A stretch of DNA of 64,000 bases from Fidelibacterota bacterium MT.SAG.2 (GCA_004402915.1 SORU01000001.1:24908-88907), one strand, 5' to 3'. Shown: positions 37,638 through 48,835, counted from the stretch's first letter. The notes: a model not told the origin generated them from the sequence alone. Program-made: numbers and translations.

Positions 37638-39881
37638 ATGATTCGTTATAGTAATTTTGTTCTGCTTTTTTTATTGTTTTTTGCGCAAACTTTAGAACTT
37701 AAAGCGCAACAGAGAGATAGAGCATCACGTCTTAGAAAAGCGGCGGTAGAACAAGCAAGGGCAACTGATATCGGAGCATTGGGTCTCACCATTACAAATT
37801 ACGGTACTTTAGGTGACGCATTTGTAGTACAACCTCTGAAAGACCTGCCATCGGCTGAATATCCGCTCGGTTCCGGGATTGAACATATGTTTGCCGGAGG
37901 ATTATGGGTAGGAGCGAAAACTTCATTAGGACAACTATTGGTAACAACGGGCGCGGTAGATGTCTCAAGTGCTGCTACACGTGTCACATCAGGTTTTGAA
38001 TTCACCAATACGGCAGATCCTGCAGATAAGCTGTTGGAACGTTCTACGATTATTGAATCACCCTTTTTTAGCCTTGACGCGATCAGTCACCAAGATTTTA
38101 TAGGCGATTTTGCAGACACAAATAAGACCATACCTGTCGTCGGTCTTGATCCGAACGAATGGGAGACTATCGCTGATCATAATCCTTTAGGAATTGACGT
38201 GCACTTAGAAACTTATGCTTGGAATTTTCCATTTGCTGATGCATTTGTAATACTGAACTATAGGATACGGAATGTCCGGGCGGATAGAACTCCTCTCGAA
38301 GATATTTATGTCGGGATTTGGGCTGATCTCGTTGTTAGAAATGTAAATGTCGCAGGATCAAAAAATGCCGATTTTTACAGTCATGTCGCCAGCGGATATA
38401 TTGATTCTCTTCAAATGGCTTATGCTTTCGATTACGATGGCGATCCCGGATTTACCGATGACGGTCTGTATATTGCGTTGAAGTTGATAGGCGCAACCGC
38501 ACAACCGACCGATGACGTTTATCGGTTTAAAACAAGGTACAACACCTGGTTCTTTAGGAATAACGATGATCCGTTTTTCTTTTCTCCTACGACAGATTCG
38601 TGGAACGGACCGGTACAGGGTCGCTATCAGAAAATGTCTATAGATAGTTTAATTACTGCGAATGATATTGTCCCGCTATTGGGAGGTCCGGGCAATTTTA
38701 TGACGCTCATTACTACGGGTCCGTTTGATTCTTTAGCTTGGGGTCTTGGAGAGGACTTGAACGGCAACTGGATTCTTGATTATGAATATGATGCCACCAC
38801 AGGTGAATTGATATTTACGGAGGATGCAAATGGAAACGGTTATTTGGATTCCGGTATCAACGTTGTATTTGTAATGGTAGCGGCATCAAAAGCAGGTACT
38901 GATGATAGAACGGAAGATACAATGGCGTCAAAAGCCAATCTTTTTACGAATGCATCATGGGCGACGAGGGCTTATGATGGCGAGGACAAGAACAAAAACA
39001 ACAGACTCGATGAGGGAGAAGATATCATCAACCCCGGTATTCTCGACCGTTATCTCCTTCCGACTCCACCGCTCTCTCCGAAGGTAAAAATTATACCGGG
39101 CGACGGTGAGGTGGATATTTATTGGAATAATAAATCTAAATTTTCAGTTGATCTGCTTTCGGGAGAAAAGGATTTTGAGGGCTACAGGGTATATAGAACA
39201 ATAGTTGCCGCAGATGGAGCGGGTAGTAATCTCTTAGGAACATTTTCGCCGATTTTACAAGTTGATAAAATTAATTTGATCGGATATGATACGGGCTTTG
39301 ATGTTATCGAGTTGAAGGAGCCTATTACATTTCCGGGAGATACAACCGCTTATCAATACTGGATAAAAGACACAAACCTTAATAACGGTTGGCAGTATGC
39401 GTACGCCGTTACCGCTTTTGACAGAGGGGATGCAGCGAATAATCTGGGCAGCTTGGAGACTTCCAAAAGACCGACAACCGTGAACGTGTTCCCCGGCGCT
39501 GCGCCGACTTCGACGAGGACTGATTCAAAAGTCGGAGTATATCCCAATCCATATAGGGTCAATGCCAGGTGGGATGGGTCTTTAGAACGCGATAGGAAGC
39601 TGTATTTCTTCGATCTTCCGGCGGAATGTGAAATACGAATTTATACAATGACCGGTGATCTTGTGGATAGAATAGAACATAGTGCCGCTACATACGCCGG
39701 TGAGGACATACAATGGTTTGAATCCTTTGCAACGGGAACGCCCAAATTTTCAGGCGGAGAACATGCATGGAATCTTGTAAGCAAAGATGATCAGGCTATC
39801 GCAACGGGATTGTATATTTATACCGTTAAGGACCATTCCAACGGTAATATACAGCGAGGCAAGTTTTTAGTTATTAAATAA
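37638..39881 (+). CDS. Secreted protein with Fn3-like and variant T9SS C-terminal domains
   Basis: Signal peptide, GEDxNxN..LD Ca-type repeats, DFEGYRVYR, YAYAVTAFD, VYPNPY...GKFLVIK. Confidence 0.8.
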   Translation: MIRYSNFVLLFLLFFAQTLELKAQQRDRASRLRKAAVEQARATDIGALGLTITNYGTLGDAFVVQPLKDLPSAEYPLGSGIEHMFAGGLWVGAKTSLGQLLVTTGAVDVSSAATRVTSGFEFTNTADPADKLLERSTIIESPFFSLDAISHQDFIGDFADTNKTIPVVGLDPNEWETIADHNPLGIDVHLETYAWNFPFADAFVILNYRIRNVRADRTPLEDIYVGIWADLVVRNVNVAGSKNADFYSHVASGYIDSLQMAYAFDYDGDPGFTDDGLYIALKLIGATAQPTDDVYRFKTRYNTWFFRNNDDPFFFSPTTDSWNGPVQGRYQKMSIDSLITANDIVPLLGGPGNFMTLITTGPFDSLAWGLGEDLNGNWILDYEYDATTGELIFTEDANGNGYLDSGINVVFVMVAASKAGTDDRTEDTMASKANLFTNASWATRAYDGEDKNKNNRLDEGEDIINPGILDRYLLPTPPLSPKVKIIPGDGEVDIYWNNKSKFSVDLLSGEKDFEGYRVYRTIVAADGAGSNLLGTFSPILQVDKINLIGYDTGFDVIELKEPITFPGDTTAYQYWIKDTNLNNGWQYAYAVTAFDRGDAANNLGSLETSKRPTTVNVFPGAAPTSTRTDSKVGVYPNPYRVNARWDGSLERDRKLYFFDLPAECEIRIYTMTGDLVDRIEHSAATYAGEDIQWFESFATGTPKFSGGEHAWNLVSKDDQAIATGLYIYTVKDHSNGNIQRGKFLVIK

Positions 39882-39926
39882 GTAACGCAAGGATTTATAA
39901 TTATAATAAAAATCGGAGGCAACAAG

Positions 39927-41960
39927 ATGAAATCGCTACAGTTAATATTATTATGCGGAGTTATACTAAGCACATCCATTGCATTTTCGCAAACATATCC
40001 GCTAAAAACATTTAGAGAGGTACAGGAACCTACTGATATGAGCGTCACCGATGCTTCTCCTCTCTTGGGAGATACAATACGTGTAAGCGGTGTAGCCGCC
40101 ACCGGTCCCCGTGATATCTGGATCGGAGCACGGTGGTCTTTTTTTCTTGTAGATACGGCTGGCGGTCCCTGGAGCAGCTTGCAAATTGTACAGCATGACT
40201 CTTTTGCGACAGATACAGATGTCGGGTTAGTAGAGCCGGGATTCGGTATCATAGTGACGGGAATAGTAGAAGAATTTCAAAGTGCCACGCAGCTGGCAGT
40301 TCTTACGAACCCGGTTGTGGCGGTGGAATTCATAGATCAGATCACATTGGGAACATTTCCACAGAGACCGGTTGAGATTAGCATGGAGCTGTTGCAAGAT
40401 ACATCAACAGGTGAACAGTATGAGGAGGTATTGGTAAAGCTCTCAAACGTGATCATGCTAAATAACGATGTAGGTAGTGGTGAAGCGTTGATAGGATCAT
40501 CCGACGGCGCTTTTCAGATATCGTTAGAGGATTGGAATAGAGAGATCTATGATTGTTTTCAAGCCAATAGCTGCAGCTGGCCGCCAAACAGCTTTCCGAT
40601 GGATGTTGTCGGGTACATAAGAGATAAGACTAATGATGCACCGGGAGCCAGATTTATGATAGCCCCATGGAGCTTAGATCTGCCTTATATTGATGTGCTT
40701 GCCAAGCCGCCTATAATTTCCAATATACTTCGTGATCCGGCCGTGCCTTCAAGTACAGATGCAGTTACAGTTACCGCCGGTATTCTCGACGATGGGGCTG
40801 TTGAGGCTGCTTCACTCCATTACAGCGTTGACAATGGAGCGTATGTGGAAGTGCCTATGTCTTCACCGAGTCCTGACTTTTATTCCGGGACCGTTCCGGC
40901 GCAAAGTGAAAACTCATTGGTAAAATATTATATAAACTCGATCGATGATGAAGAGTTTGGTTCGATCTCTCCCGGAGATACTGCACGGGCGCCATTGTTT
41001 TACATAGTTCGTGACGGCGCTCTCACTATTCATGACATACAGTATAATCCGTTCGGCAGCAGCAATTCCGGTTATGAGAATATGGAAGTAACAACGACTG
41101 GAATCGTCACATCCGATTCCATACAATATGGGAACTATTGGATTCAGGATGGTAATGGAGCCTGGAGCGGTCTTCAAATAAATGATTTCCTGAATAATCC
41201 GAGCCCGGGAGATTTGGTTCAAGTGACAGGCATTGTGAATGAAAATTTCGGGTTCACTCGATTGGATGCCATCGTCAGCGGCAGCTATTCTGTCCTGAGC
41301 ACAGGCAATCCAGTTCCTGAACCGAGGGTTTTCAGTACGGGAGATATAAACACTAACGCCGATAGCGCTGAGGCATATGAGAGTGTTTTAATTGAGGTTC
41401 GTGATGTCATCGTAAGTAATGAGTTACCCGATGATCCGGGTAATTTCGGTGAGTTTTCAGTGGATGACGGTTCCGGAGAGATACGAGTCGATGATCTCTC
41501 TCCTGTCTTCGACGGAAACAATAATCTTGAATACTCAAACGGTGACACCATAATATATTTACGCGGATACCTGCTTTGGTCGTTCGGTAACTTTAAAATA
41601 GTACCAAGAGATACAAATGATGTGGAAAGGGGCGGCAAATTTATTTCAGTGAAAGACGAAGGCGGTATAATGCCCGAAGAGTATATGCTCTCGCAAAACT
41701 ATCCGAATCCGTTCAACCCTCAGACCGAAATAAACTATTCACTTCCGGTGACGGGTGAAGTGAGGCTGACAGTCTATAATCTACTTGGTCAGAGGGTAGT
41801 GACCATTGTTAATGAGATTCAGCAAGCCGGTAATTACAGGGCTTCATGGAATGGACATGATGAATTCGGAAAGTCAGTTTCAAGTGGAATTTACCTGTAT
41901 AACCTGAATGTGAGTAACGGTAAATTCTCCGAGACCAAAAAAATGTTGCTGTTAAAGTAA
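39927..41960 (+). CDS. T9SS-secreted protein with repeated OB-fold-like modules
   Basis: TGIVT..WIQDG..SG...GDLVQVTG.V.E.FG.T and E.YE.VL motifs occur twice; CTD QNYPNPFNP...KKMLLLK. Confidence 0.8.
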   Translation: MKSLQLILLCGVILSTSIAFSQTYPLKTFREVQEPTDMSVTDASPLLGDTIRVSGVAATGPRDIWIGARWSFFLVDTAGGPWSSLQIVQHDSFATDTDVGLVEPGFGIIVTGIVEEFQSATQLAVLTNPVVAVEFIDQITLGTFPQRPVEISMELLQDTSTGEQYEEVLVKLSNVIMLNNDVGSGEALIGSSDGAFQISLEDWNREIYDCFQANSCSWPPNSFPMDVVGYIRDKTNDAPGARFMIAPWSLDLPYIDVLAKPPIISNILRDPAVPSSTDAVTVTAGILDDGAVEAASLHYSVDNGAYVEVPMSSPSPDFYSGTVPAQSENSLVKYYINSIDDEEFGSISPGDTARAPLFYIVRDGALTIHDIQYNPFGSSNSGYENMEVTTTGIVTSDSIQYGNYWIQDGNGAWSGLQINDFLNNPSPGDLVQVTGIVNENFGFTRLDAIVSGSYSVLSTGNPVPEPRVFSTGDINTNADSAEAYESVLIEVRDVIVSNELPDDPGNFGEFSVDDGSGEIRVDDLSPVFDGNNNLEYSNGDTIIYLRGYLLWSFGNFKIVPRDTNDVERGGKFISVKDEGGIMPEEYMLSQNYPNPFNPQTEINYSLPVTGEVRLTVYNLLGQRVVTIVNEIQQAGNYRASWNGHDEFGKSVSSGIYLYNLNVSNGKFSETKKMLLLK

Positions 41961-41976
41961 AAGAATATGACCATTA

Positions 41977-42002
41977 TCCCCTCCTTTGATAAAAGGAGGG
42001 GA
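41977..42002. repeat. Intra-operon hairpin
   Basis: TCCCCTCCTTT-gata-AAAGGAGGGGA. Confidence 0.6.
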
Positions 42003-42049
42003 AGGTGGGCTTACCTTTATAACAATAAATGATAGATAAAAAATATAAA

Positions 42050-43591
42050 ATGAAACGAGTTTTACTTCTCGCAGCGCTGGCTATGGTGACACTCTCCTGT
42101 GATGACAGCATTGTGGATGTTCTAAAAGAAAACAAAGCTCCCGTAGTTTCTGTTTTTCTGTCGGCAGACTCGGTTGAATCGCTCAACAGAACTTCGAGCA
42201 ATCAGATATTGTATTGGGACGGAAAAGACCCTGATGGATTGGTTGTCGGGTTTTATTACACTTTTGGAAATACAGATAATCCTTCTAATTGGGTTTTTCT
42301 TGATGATTCGACAGCTGAAGGACCTGAGTTAATGAATAGCGACAGCGCCAATTGGCGGTTCACGACAGCCCGATCCGACACGTTTTCATTGGAGATACTT
42401 ACAGACACAGTCACCTACACATTCAGCGTTCTTGCAGTTGATGATCAAAATAAATTGAGCGATGAACCGGCGAGTATAAAACTGCCGATCAAAAATTCCA
42501 GACCGGAGCTCTTCTTCTTAAACGAAGTAGATTTTTCAAGCTCGACGGTGAAGATCCCGGACAGAACCTTTACAATCGCTTCATTCGCATGGGTTGTCAC
42601 GGACCTGGACGGCGAAGATACCATAGACAAATTTCAATATGCTATAACCGACAGTGGATCTACGGCTGATACAATATGGGTCGACATTAGTCCGACTAAA
42701 AGATCGATAATACTATCGGGTACACAATATGAAACCGATGCGGATGTGACATTCGATGACAGGATGACTGAGGGTCTTCACGCTTTCCACCTACGTGCTG
42801 TAGATGTTGCCGGCGCCGCGAGCGATACCAAAAGACTTCCGGAAGATGAGGAAGAATATTGGTACGTCGAAGAGCCTGCGAGAGACATACTGCTCGTTGA
42901 TGATTGGGCTACAAACTCGTCTGACGGAAGAGCGCTTTATACGCAAATATTGGACTCTCTGCGCAGCATAAAGGCGGGAAGAGAATATTCGATCTTAAAC
43001 CTCAAGCCTCAAAATTCAGAATATTTACTCTCTAAATCCGCGTTGAGGGAGACGATAAAACTATTTAAAGCGGTCATTTGGTATTCGGATGTCAATCCGA
43101 AATTAGATGAAGCATCTGTAGCGCTCGGTGATTACAGTAAAAATGGCGGGAAAGTTATATTCTCCACCCTGTTCTCTCAATTCGGAAGCAACAGGGGTGA
43201 CCCGCTTGAATTCACGCCTGTAGACAGTTTTGATGTTATAAGGGACACTACTTCAAATGCACGGGAAGTGGGATTAATATTTCGAAGCTGGAATGTTGCT
43301 GTTTGGCCTGATACATTGATTACCGCTGAATTTCCGGATACTTTGCTTCCCGATTTTGCCCAATTTGCATCAATAATTCCGTCACCGAAAATGCTTGTAC
43401 CAAAATCCTCTTCACGGGTCTTATACCGGTATCAGGCATTACCACGGAGATATGCCGGAATGCCGGCTGTGATTGTTGAGGATGCTAATAAGTCGTTCAT
43501 TCTCTGCAGCATTCCGCTGCACTATTTTAACGGCGGTAAGAACTTAGGTAAATTGATAGATCTCTTTCTAACAACAGAGTTTGGATTGTAG
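42050..43591 (+). CDS. Lipoprotein with Ig/Fn3-like repeats and C-terminal alpha/beta domain
   Basis: Lipobox TLSC; W.G.DPDG, F.V.AVD twice; ILLVDD and AVIWYSD..GGKVI. Confidence 0.75.
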   Translation: MKRVLLLAALAMVTLSCDDSIVDVLKENKAPVVSVFLSADSVESLNRTSSNQILYWDGKDPDGLVVGFYYTFGNTDNPSNWVFLDDSTAEGPELMNSDSANWRFTTARSDTFSLEILTDTVTYTFSVLAVDDQNKLSDEPASIKLPIKNSRPELFFLNEVDFSSSTVKIPDRTFTIASFAWVVTDLDGEDTIDKFQYAITDSGSTADTIWVDISPTKRSIILSGTQYETDADVTFDDRMTEGLHAFHLRAVDVAGAASDTKRLPEDEEEYWYVEEPARDILLVDDWATNSSDGRALYTQILDSLRSIKAGREYSILNLKPQNSEYLLSKSALRETIKLFKAVIWYSDVNPKLDEASVALGDYSKNGGKVIFSTLFSQFGSNRGDPLEFTPVDSFDVIRDTTSNAREVGLIFRSWNVAVWPDTLITAEFPDTLLPDFAQFASIIPSPKMLVPKSSSRVLYRYQALPRRYAGMPAVIVEDANKSFILCSIPLHYFNGGKNLGKLIDLFLTTEFGL

Positions 43592-43600
43592 GATCAGGGA

Positions 43601-46447
43601 GTGAAAATAAATTTCTTAAATCTGGAAATCAGTTTGACAGCAATTCTGCTGCTGACATTTTTAATCGGCGGAGATCTTCTCGCTCAACCGAGGGGGCAGC
43701 TAAGCGGACGGGTTATTGACTCCGAGAACGGAGAACCGATGCCGGGAGTAAATATAGTTTTGCCGGGAACCTATCACGGCGCCGCTTCCGGTCTCGACGG
43801 TGAATTTTCGATTAGAGGTGTCAGCGCCGGCGAGTATACCGTGAGATTTCAGTTTATCGGTTATACAACAGTCGAGGTAACCGGTGTGAAGATAACCGCG
43901 GGTCTGACTCGGACTCTTAACGCAGAAATGAACCAGACCGTGTTAGCGGCGGGACAGGAAATAGTGGTTATAGGAAAGAAAGCCCTCTTTGACATTGAAG
44001 AGACAGCAAGCCGCAGGGCGATCTCTGCGGATGAAATTGCCAATTCGGTAGTTGAAAGCACGCAAGATATTGTAGGAAATCAGGTCGGCGTTGTGATGTC
44101 TGATAATGAAATTCATATCAGAGGAGGTAGGTCGTATGAAAACGCGTATCTGCTCGACGGAATATCTATTCAGGACCCCCTGTCGGGAACAGGATTCGGA
44201 CTGCAGCTCAGCACAAATGCGATTGAAGAGATTGAAATTATAACGGGTGGATTCGCCGCAGAATATGGGCAGGCGATGTCAGGAATCATCAACGTTAAAA
44301 CAAAACAAGGCACGGATATATATCACGGATCCCTTTCTTATAAAACGGATAACTTTGGATTGTATGACAGCAGTTCACAATTCAATTTTAACACGGATGT
44401 TGTTGAAATGAGCATTGACGGACCCGATCCTTTTTTCGGAGTTTTGTTCCCGATGTTAGGGTTTGATCTCCCCGGCAAGCAGACTTTCTTCGCAAACAGT
44501 TACATGTTCATTTCAGATGACTTTACGAAATTCTCAGCGGATACGCTGATTTCTTCCACATTTCATGGTATAAAATACGCGCCACGGCAAAATAATAATT
44601 GGTCCGCAATGCTCAAGTACACCTGGACCATTACGCCTAAGCACAAATTGCAATATACTTATAATGCTTCTGTGAGCATAAATCAGAATACACAGAGCCT
44701 GCAATCAAATTTGGAATTTGTCCCGCCGGGTCCCGGCTATCCGTATCGGTTCCAAAACAATCTGAATAATTTTAATACATTCACCCATTTGAATCGTCAA
44801 ACCGGGTTGGGGTGGACACATACGTTAGGCTCAAGAACATTTTATGAGGTAAAGCTCAGTAATTTCTTCACTAATCTTCGAAGTGACGTTGGCGGAAAGC
44901 TCTGGAATGAGTTTATCGAACCGAAGGATATCGTCACATTTCCTATAGTGTATATAGACACTGATACAAATAGGATATTGGTATTTCCCGGAGATGGTTT
45001 TTACGATTTCGGGAACGGAGACACTTGGCACGACCATTGGGTGGACGAGTATACGCTAAAAGCGGACATTACTCACCAGAAGAACGAACGTCAGGAGATC
45101 AAGGCGGGAGTGGAGCTTTCATATCAGGAGATGCAGCTATTCGATATCCTGAATCCCTGGGAAGGACCGTTAGGAAAGAACAACGATTTTTATAAGGTTT
45201 ACCCAAGCTTCGGCGGAATTTATATTCAGGAAAAAATAGTGATGCAGGGACTTGTAGCGAATATAGGTCTTAGATTTGATTATTGGTTTCCCGGCAAATA
45301 TGTGGAACGCGCCGTAGCTGATACCAATATCGTTACGATCTCACCCGGTACGAGAACAGCTTTTGAAAATGATACCTTCGGTCTGTTCGGAAGACGATGG
45401 AAAGGGCGTATAAGCCCGAGATTAGGGATCTCTCATCCGGTGTCGGATAAACAGGTACTCTTCTTTAGTTATGGGCATTTCTCCAAAAGACCGAAACCAC
45501 AATTTGTGTACGCAAAACTCGGCAAAATTTCATCCAAAACTTCATCCCCTGTCTTCGGCAATCCGAATCTTGATCCTGAGACTACCGTTTCCTATGAACT
45601 TGGAGTGAAGAATCGCTTTACCGAAGATGACGTGCTTACAATTACAGCGTTTTACAAGGATATCTTTGATTACATCACTACCATTCCTGTACCCGGAACC
45701 GGCAGATTCAGGAAGCAGACATTCATTACATATTTAAACCTTGATTACTCCAGGGTCAGGGGCATAGAGATGGAATATAGAACGAGGGCGGGCACTCATC
45801 TCTCGGGTTCTGTAAACGGTTCATATTCTATCTCTACAGGTAAAAGCTCCTCTCCCGATGATGCCGCTCTTGTCCAGCGGGGCGATCGACCGGAGAGAAG
45901 GATCACCGAGGATTTTCTAATATGGGACAGACCTTGGCAAGGATCTATAAATTTGAATTACCGTATTACAGAAGGGAATAATCCCGAACTGTTCGGCATA
46001 AAACTGCCGGATAAATGGAATCTGAACTTCCGTTACTTTGCTCAGGCAGGCAAGCGTTACAGACCTATAGTGGCTACCGGCGATTCTCTTCGAAACAACA
46101 GACCTATATATACGCGTGATATAGATGGTGATGGTTACGATGATGATATTTACGCTAATGTTGCCGAACATTGGGCTTGGGCAAATCTAAATATCGAGAA
46201 ATGGTATAACGTCGGCGGAAAAGAGGTTTCCATATTTTTGGAAGTGCTGAATCTTTTCAACAGGAAAAATTCAAATATTATTAATCCTGTTACAGGAAGA
46301 GCATATGAATTAGGAGATCCGACACCAACAAGCTGGAACGATCCATTATTCCCTGAAACCCAAGCGCCGGTTTCTCCGTTTCCGTTTAACCCCGCCCGGT
46401 ACCTAAACCAAAGAAACTTGAAGGTCGGAGTTAGATTTGTCTGGTAA
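43601..46447 (+). CDS. TonB-dependent receptor
   Basis: N-terminal carboxypeptidase-like domain, HIRGGR, TGGFAAEYG.AMSG, SPRLGISHP, GNPNLDPE; terminal W. Confidence 0.92.
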   Translation: MKINFLNLEISLTAILLLTFLIGGDLLAQPRGQLSGRVIDSENGEPMPGVNIVLPGTYHGAASGLDGEFSIRGVSAGEYTVRFQFIGYTTVEVTGVKITAGLTRTLNAEMNQTVLAAGQEIVVIGKKALFDIEETASRRAISADEIANSVVESTQDIVGNQVGVVMSDNEIHIRGGRSYENAYLLDGISIQDPLSGTGFGLQLSTNAIEEIEIITGGFAAEYGQAMSGIINVKTKQGTDIYHGSLSYKTDNFGLYDSSSQFNFNTDVVEMSIDGPDPFFGVLFPMLGFDLPGKQTFFANSYMFISDDFTKFSADTLISSTFHGIKYAPRQNNNWSAMLKYTWTITPKHKLQYTYNASVSINQNTQSLQSNLEFVPPGPGYPYRFQNNLNNFNTFTHLNRQTGLGWTHTLGSRTFYEVKLSNFFTNLRSDVGGKLWNEFIEPKDIVTFPIVYIDTDTNRILVFPGDGFYDFGNGDTWHDHWVDEYTLKADITHQKNERQEIKAGVELSYQEMQLFDILNPWEGPLGKNNDFYKVYPSFGGIYIQEKIVMQGLVANIGLRFDYWFPGKYVERAVADTNIVTISPGTRTAFENDTFGLFGRRWKGRISPRLGISHPVSDKQVLFFSYGHFSKRPKPQFVYAKLGKISSKTSSPVFGNPNLDPETTVSYELGVKNRFTEDDVLTITAFYKDIFDYITTIPVPGTGRFRKQTFITYLNLDYSRVRGIEMEYRTRAGTHLSGSVNGSYSISTGKSSSPDDAALVQRGDRPERRITEDFLIWDRPWQGSINLNYRITEGNNPELFGIKLPDKWNLNFRYFAQAGKRYRPIVATGDSLRNNRPIYTRDIDGDGYDDDIYANVAEHWAWANLNIEKWYNVGGKEVSIFLEVLNLFNRKNSNIINPVTGRAYELGDPTPTSWNDPLFPETQAPVSPFPFNPARYLNQRNLKVGVRFVW

Positions 46448-47429
46448 AATTTTCAAACAGATTTTTATTTCAGCTTTTATTCTGTTATCGGTTGAACAGT
46501 CCGTAGCGCAATTGGTACCGGTTCTTGGCGGTCAGCGCGCAGGCACGGCAGCAGCCCAATTTCTTAAGATAGGTGTAGGAGCTCGGGCTACCGCTATGGG
46601 AGATGCTTTTGTTGCTGTGGCGGATGATGCCACAGCTCTATATTGGAATCCCGCGGGAATCGTTCAGTTCGAGAATAACCAAATTACCCTGAGCCATATT
46701 GACTGGCTTGTAGATATGAAGCACGAATTTATCGGTTACGTACACAAACTCAATTCCGCAAGCAGCATAGGTTTTCAATTCACTTCCCTGCACATGGAAG
46801 ATATGCCGGTTACAACTGAATTTCAGCAGCGTGGTACAGGTGAATATTTCACATTTAGCGATATCCTTTTGGGAGTCACATTTGCGTCCAGGCTTACGGA
46901 CAAATTCAGTTTCGGAGCTACGCTAAAATATTTCGATGAAACGTTGGATGTCCTGTCTATGAATGGAGTTCTTGTAGATCTCGGCACATACTATAAAGTA
47001 GGCATAGGTTCTGCCCGATTTGCCGTTGCAGTAACCAATTTCGGCGGTCAGGTGGAGCCGAGCGGAAGTATAAGGCAGAATGACGGGACGGAAATAACAG
47101 AATTTCAATCTTTTAATCCACCCACCCTGTTTAGAATTGCATACGCGCAAGAACTGTTCGAAAATGAGAAAAACAAGTTGACCTCCTCGATACAGCTGAG
47201 TCATCCGAATGATAATTCAGAAAACATAAATATCGGACTCGAATATTGGTGGGATAAACAAATAGCGCTCCGGGGCGGATACAAACTGAACGTAGATGAA
47301 GAAAGTCTCTCTTTGGGCGCAGGTGTGAATACATCCGTCGCCGGTTATAGCGTTGCCATAGATTATTCCTATTCGAATTTCAGTATTCTCGGCGATGTGA
47401 ACCGCTTCTCCTTTAACATAGGTTTTTAG
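46437..47429 (+). CDS. PorV-family outer-membrane beta-barrel
   Basis: QFLKIGVGARATAMG.A.VA.ADDA.ALYWNPAG; LRGGY; terminal F. Confidence 0.9.
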   Translation: MSGKIFKQIFISAFILLSVEQSVAQLVPVLGGQRAGTAAAQFLKIGVGARATAMGDAFVAVADDATALYWNPAGIVQFENNQITLSHIDWLVDMKHEFIGYVHKLNSASSIGFQFTSLHMEDMPVTTEFQQRGTGEYFTFSDILLGVTFASRLTDKFSFGATLKYFDETLDVLSMNGVLVDLGTYYKVGIGSARFAVAVTNFGGQVEPSGSIRQNDGTEITEFQSFNPPTLFRIAYAQELFENEKNKLTSSIQLSHPNDNSENINIGLEYWWDKQIALRGGYKLNVDEESLSLGAGVNTSVAGYSVAIDYSYSNFSILGDVNRFSFNIGF

Positions 47430-48830
47430 GTGCATAAATTGAAATTCTTAATGATAAAGTTAGTTATTTTTTCGCTCTTAATCGTAATTCTCTCCTTCGC
47501 CTGCGTTGATAAGAACCGACAATCTTTAACTTCATTCATCGAGGAATCGGGAGTGGATCTTTCGGGGAACATAGGTGTAATTGGTGACACTCTTTTCTTA
47601 CTCCAAACTCCTATCTGGGGTCCCAATCCTTCCCGTCCGCTATTCGATTACCAGTTCAATCAACCGGGAGATGTATATATAGGGCGTGAACCGTTGGTCT
47701 ATATAGCAGATACGGGTAATGACAAAATCTGGATGTTAGACACGTTCGGAAATAAAAAAGGCATATTGGAAGGGATCCCAAATCCCGTGGATATGGTTCA
47801 GGATCCTAAACTGAGACTCTATATCGTGAATGAAACATCATTCATTTTTTATGTAGACCTATTCAAGGAAAATCATATTTTTGACGAAAATACCAAGATT
47901 GATACTATTTATGGGCCTGAGCAAAAGAACCATAACTGTGAGCTCAAACCAAACGATTGTTGGGAGTTTGTGGGAATAACGGTATATAAGAACGGGAGAG
48001 GTGAAGACGAGCTTTATATAGCAAGCAGAGGACCGGCTCAGAAAAACAATATGATACATCAATTTTCGCTTGATCCTTCAAGAGCCGAACCATACAAGGG
48101 ACCGTTACCCTTTGTATCCGGTGGTTTCGGGTTTTTCGGGGTTACAGAGCCGACAGGAATCACTAATGTTCAAGGTACTGATATTGATTTTGTATATACT
48201 CAGAGAGGTCCGAATACTTTTAAAGTACAGTGGATCTCTGAATCAACGGGTCAAACTTCTATCTACGCAGCATTCCTTGATCCTCGACTTGGATTTGATC
48301 TATTTCAAGTTAGGTTCCGGGAACCGGAGGATGCTTCCATTGACGGAAACCGTAATTTGTATGTAGTAGATGCAGCTGCGGACAGCATGTTTAAATTTTC
48401 GTCATCGGGAAAACTGTTACAAACTCTCGGTCCCATAAATCCTGAACTGAAAGATACGCTGCTAACTTCGGATGATCTTAACTCTATTTACTCGGATAGT
48501 CTGATGGGAGTCCCGATACTCCAGAAAAGTGTGAAATTTTTTAGTGCAACAGGCAGCGATACCATCCTCTTGTTAGAAGATAACGGCAGAGGAACTTTCG
48601 AAGGATGGGCGGGCAAGGGCAATATGAATTATGAAACAGGTCTGTTCGCCGTAACGTTTAACGATTCCCTTCGTTCAATTCACTCGACAGATTTGAATCT
48701 TTATATTATTTATGACGTAAAAGGCTTGAACAATCCTCGCGGTGTATCGGTGTTTAATAAGATTGTATACATTGCGGATACGGGAAATAATCGGATACTT
48801 CGATATAAGCTTTCCACAGATATAGATTAA
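47430..48830 (+). CDS. NHL-repeat beta-propeller lipoprotein
   Basis: Lipobox SFAC; YIADTGN repeats. Confidence 0.8.
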   Translation: MHKLKFLMIKLVIFSLLIVILSFACVDKNRQSLTSFIEESGVDLSGNIGVIGDTLFLLQTPIWGPNPSRPLFDYQFNQPGDVYIGREPLVYIADTGNDKIWMLDTFGNKKGILEGIPNPVDMVQDPKLRLYIVNETSFIFYVDLFKENHIFDENTKIDTIYGPEQKNHNCELKPNDCWEFVGITVYKNGRGEDELYIASRGPAQKNNMIHQFSLDPSRAEPYKGPLPFVSGGFGFFGVTEPTGITNVQGTDIDFVYTQRGPNTFKVQWISESTGQTSIYAAFLDPRLGFDLFQVRFREPEDASIDGNRNLYVVDAAADSMFKFSSSGKLLQTLGPINPELKDTLLTSDDLNSIYSDSLMGVPILQKSVKFFSATGSDTILLLEDNGRGTFEGWAGKGNMNYETGLFAVTFNDSLRSIHSTDLNLYIIYDVKGLNNPRGVSVFNKIVYIADTGNNRILRYKLSTDID

Positions 48831-48835
48831 CGTCA

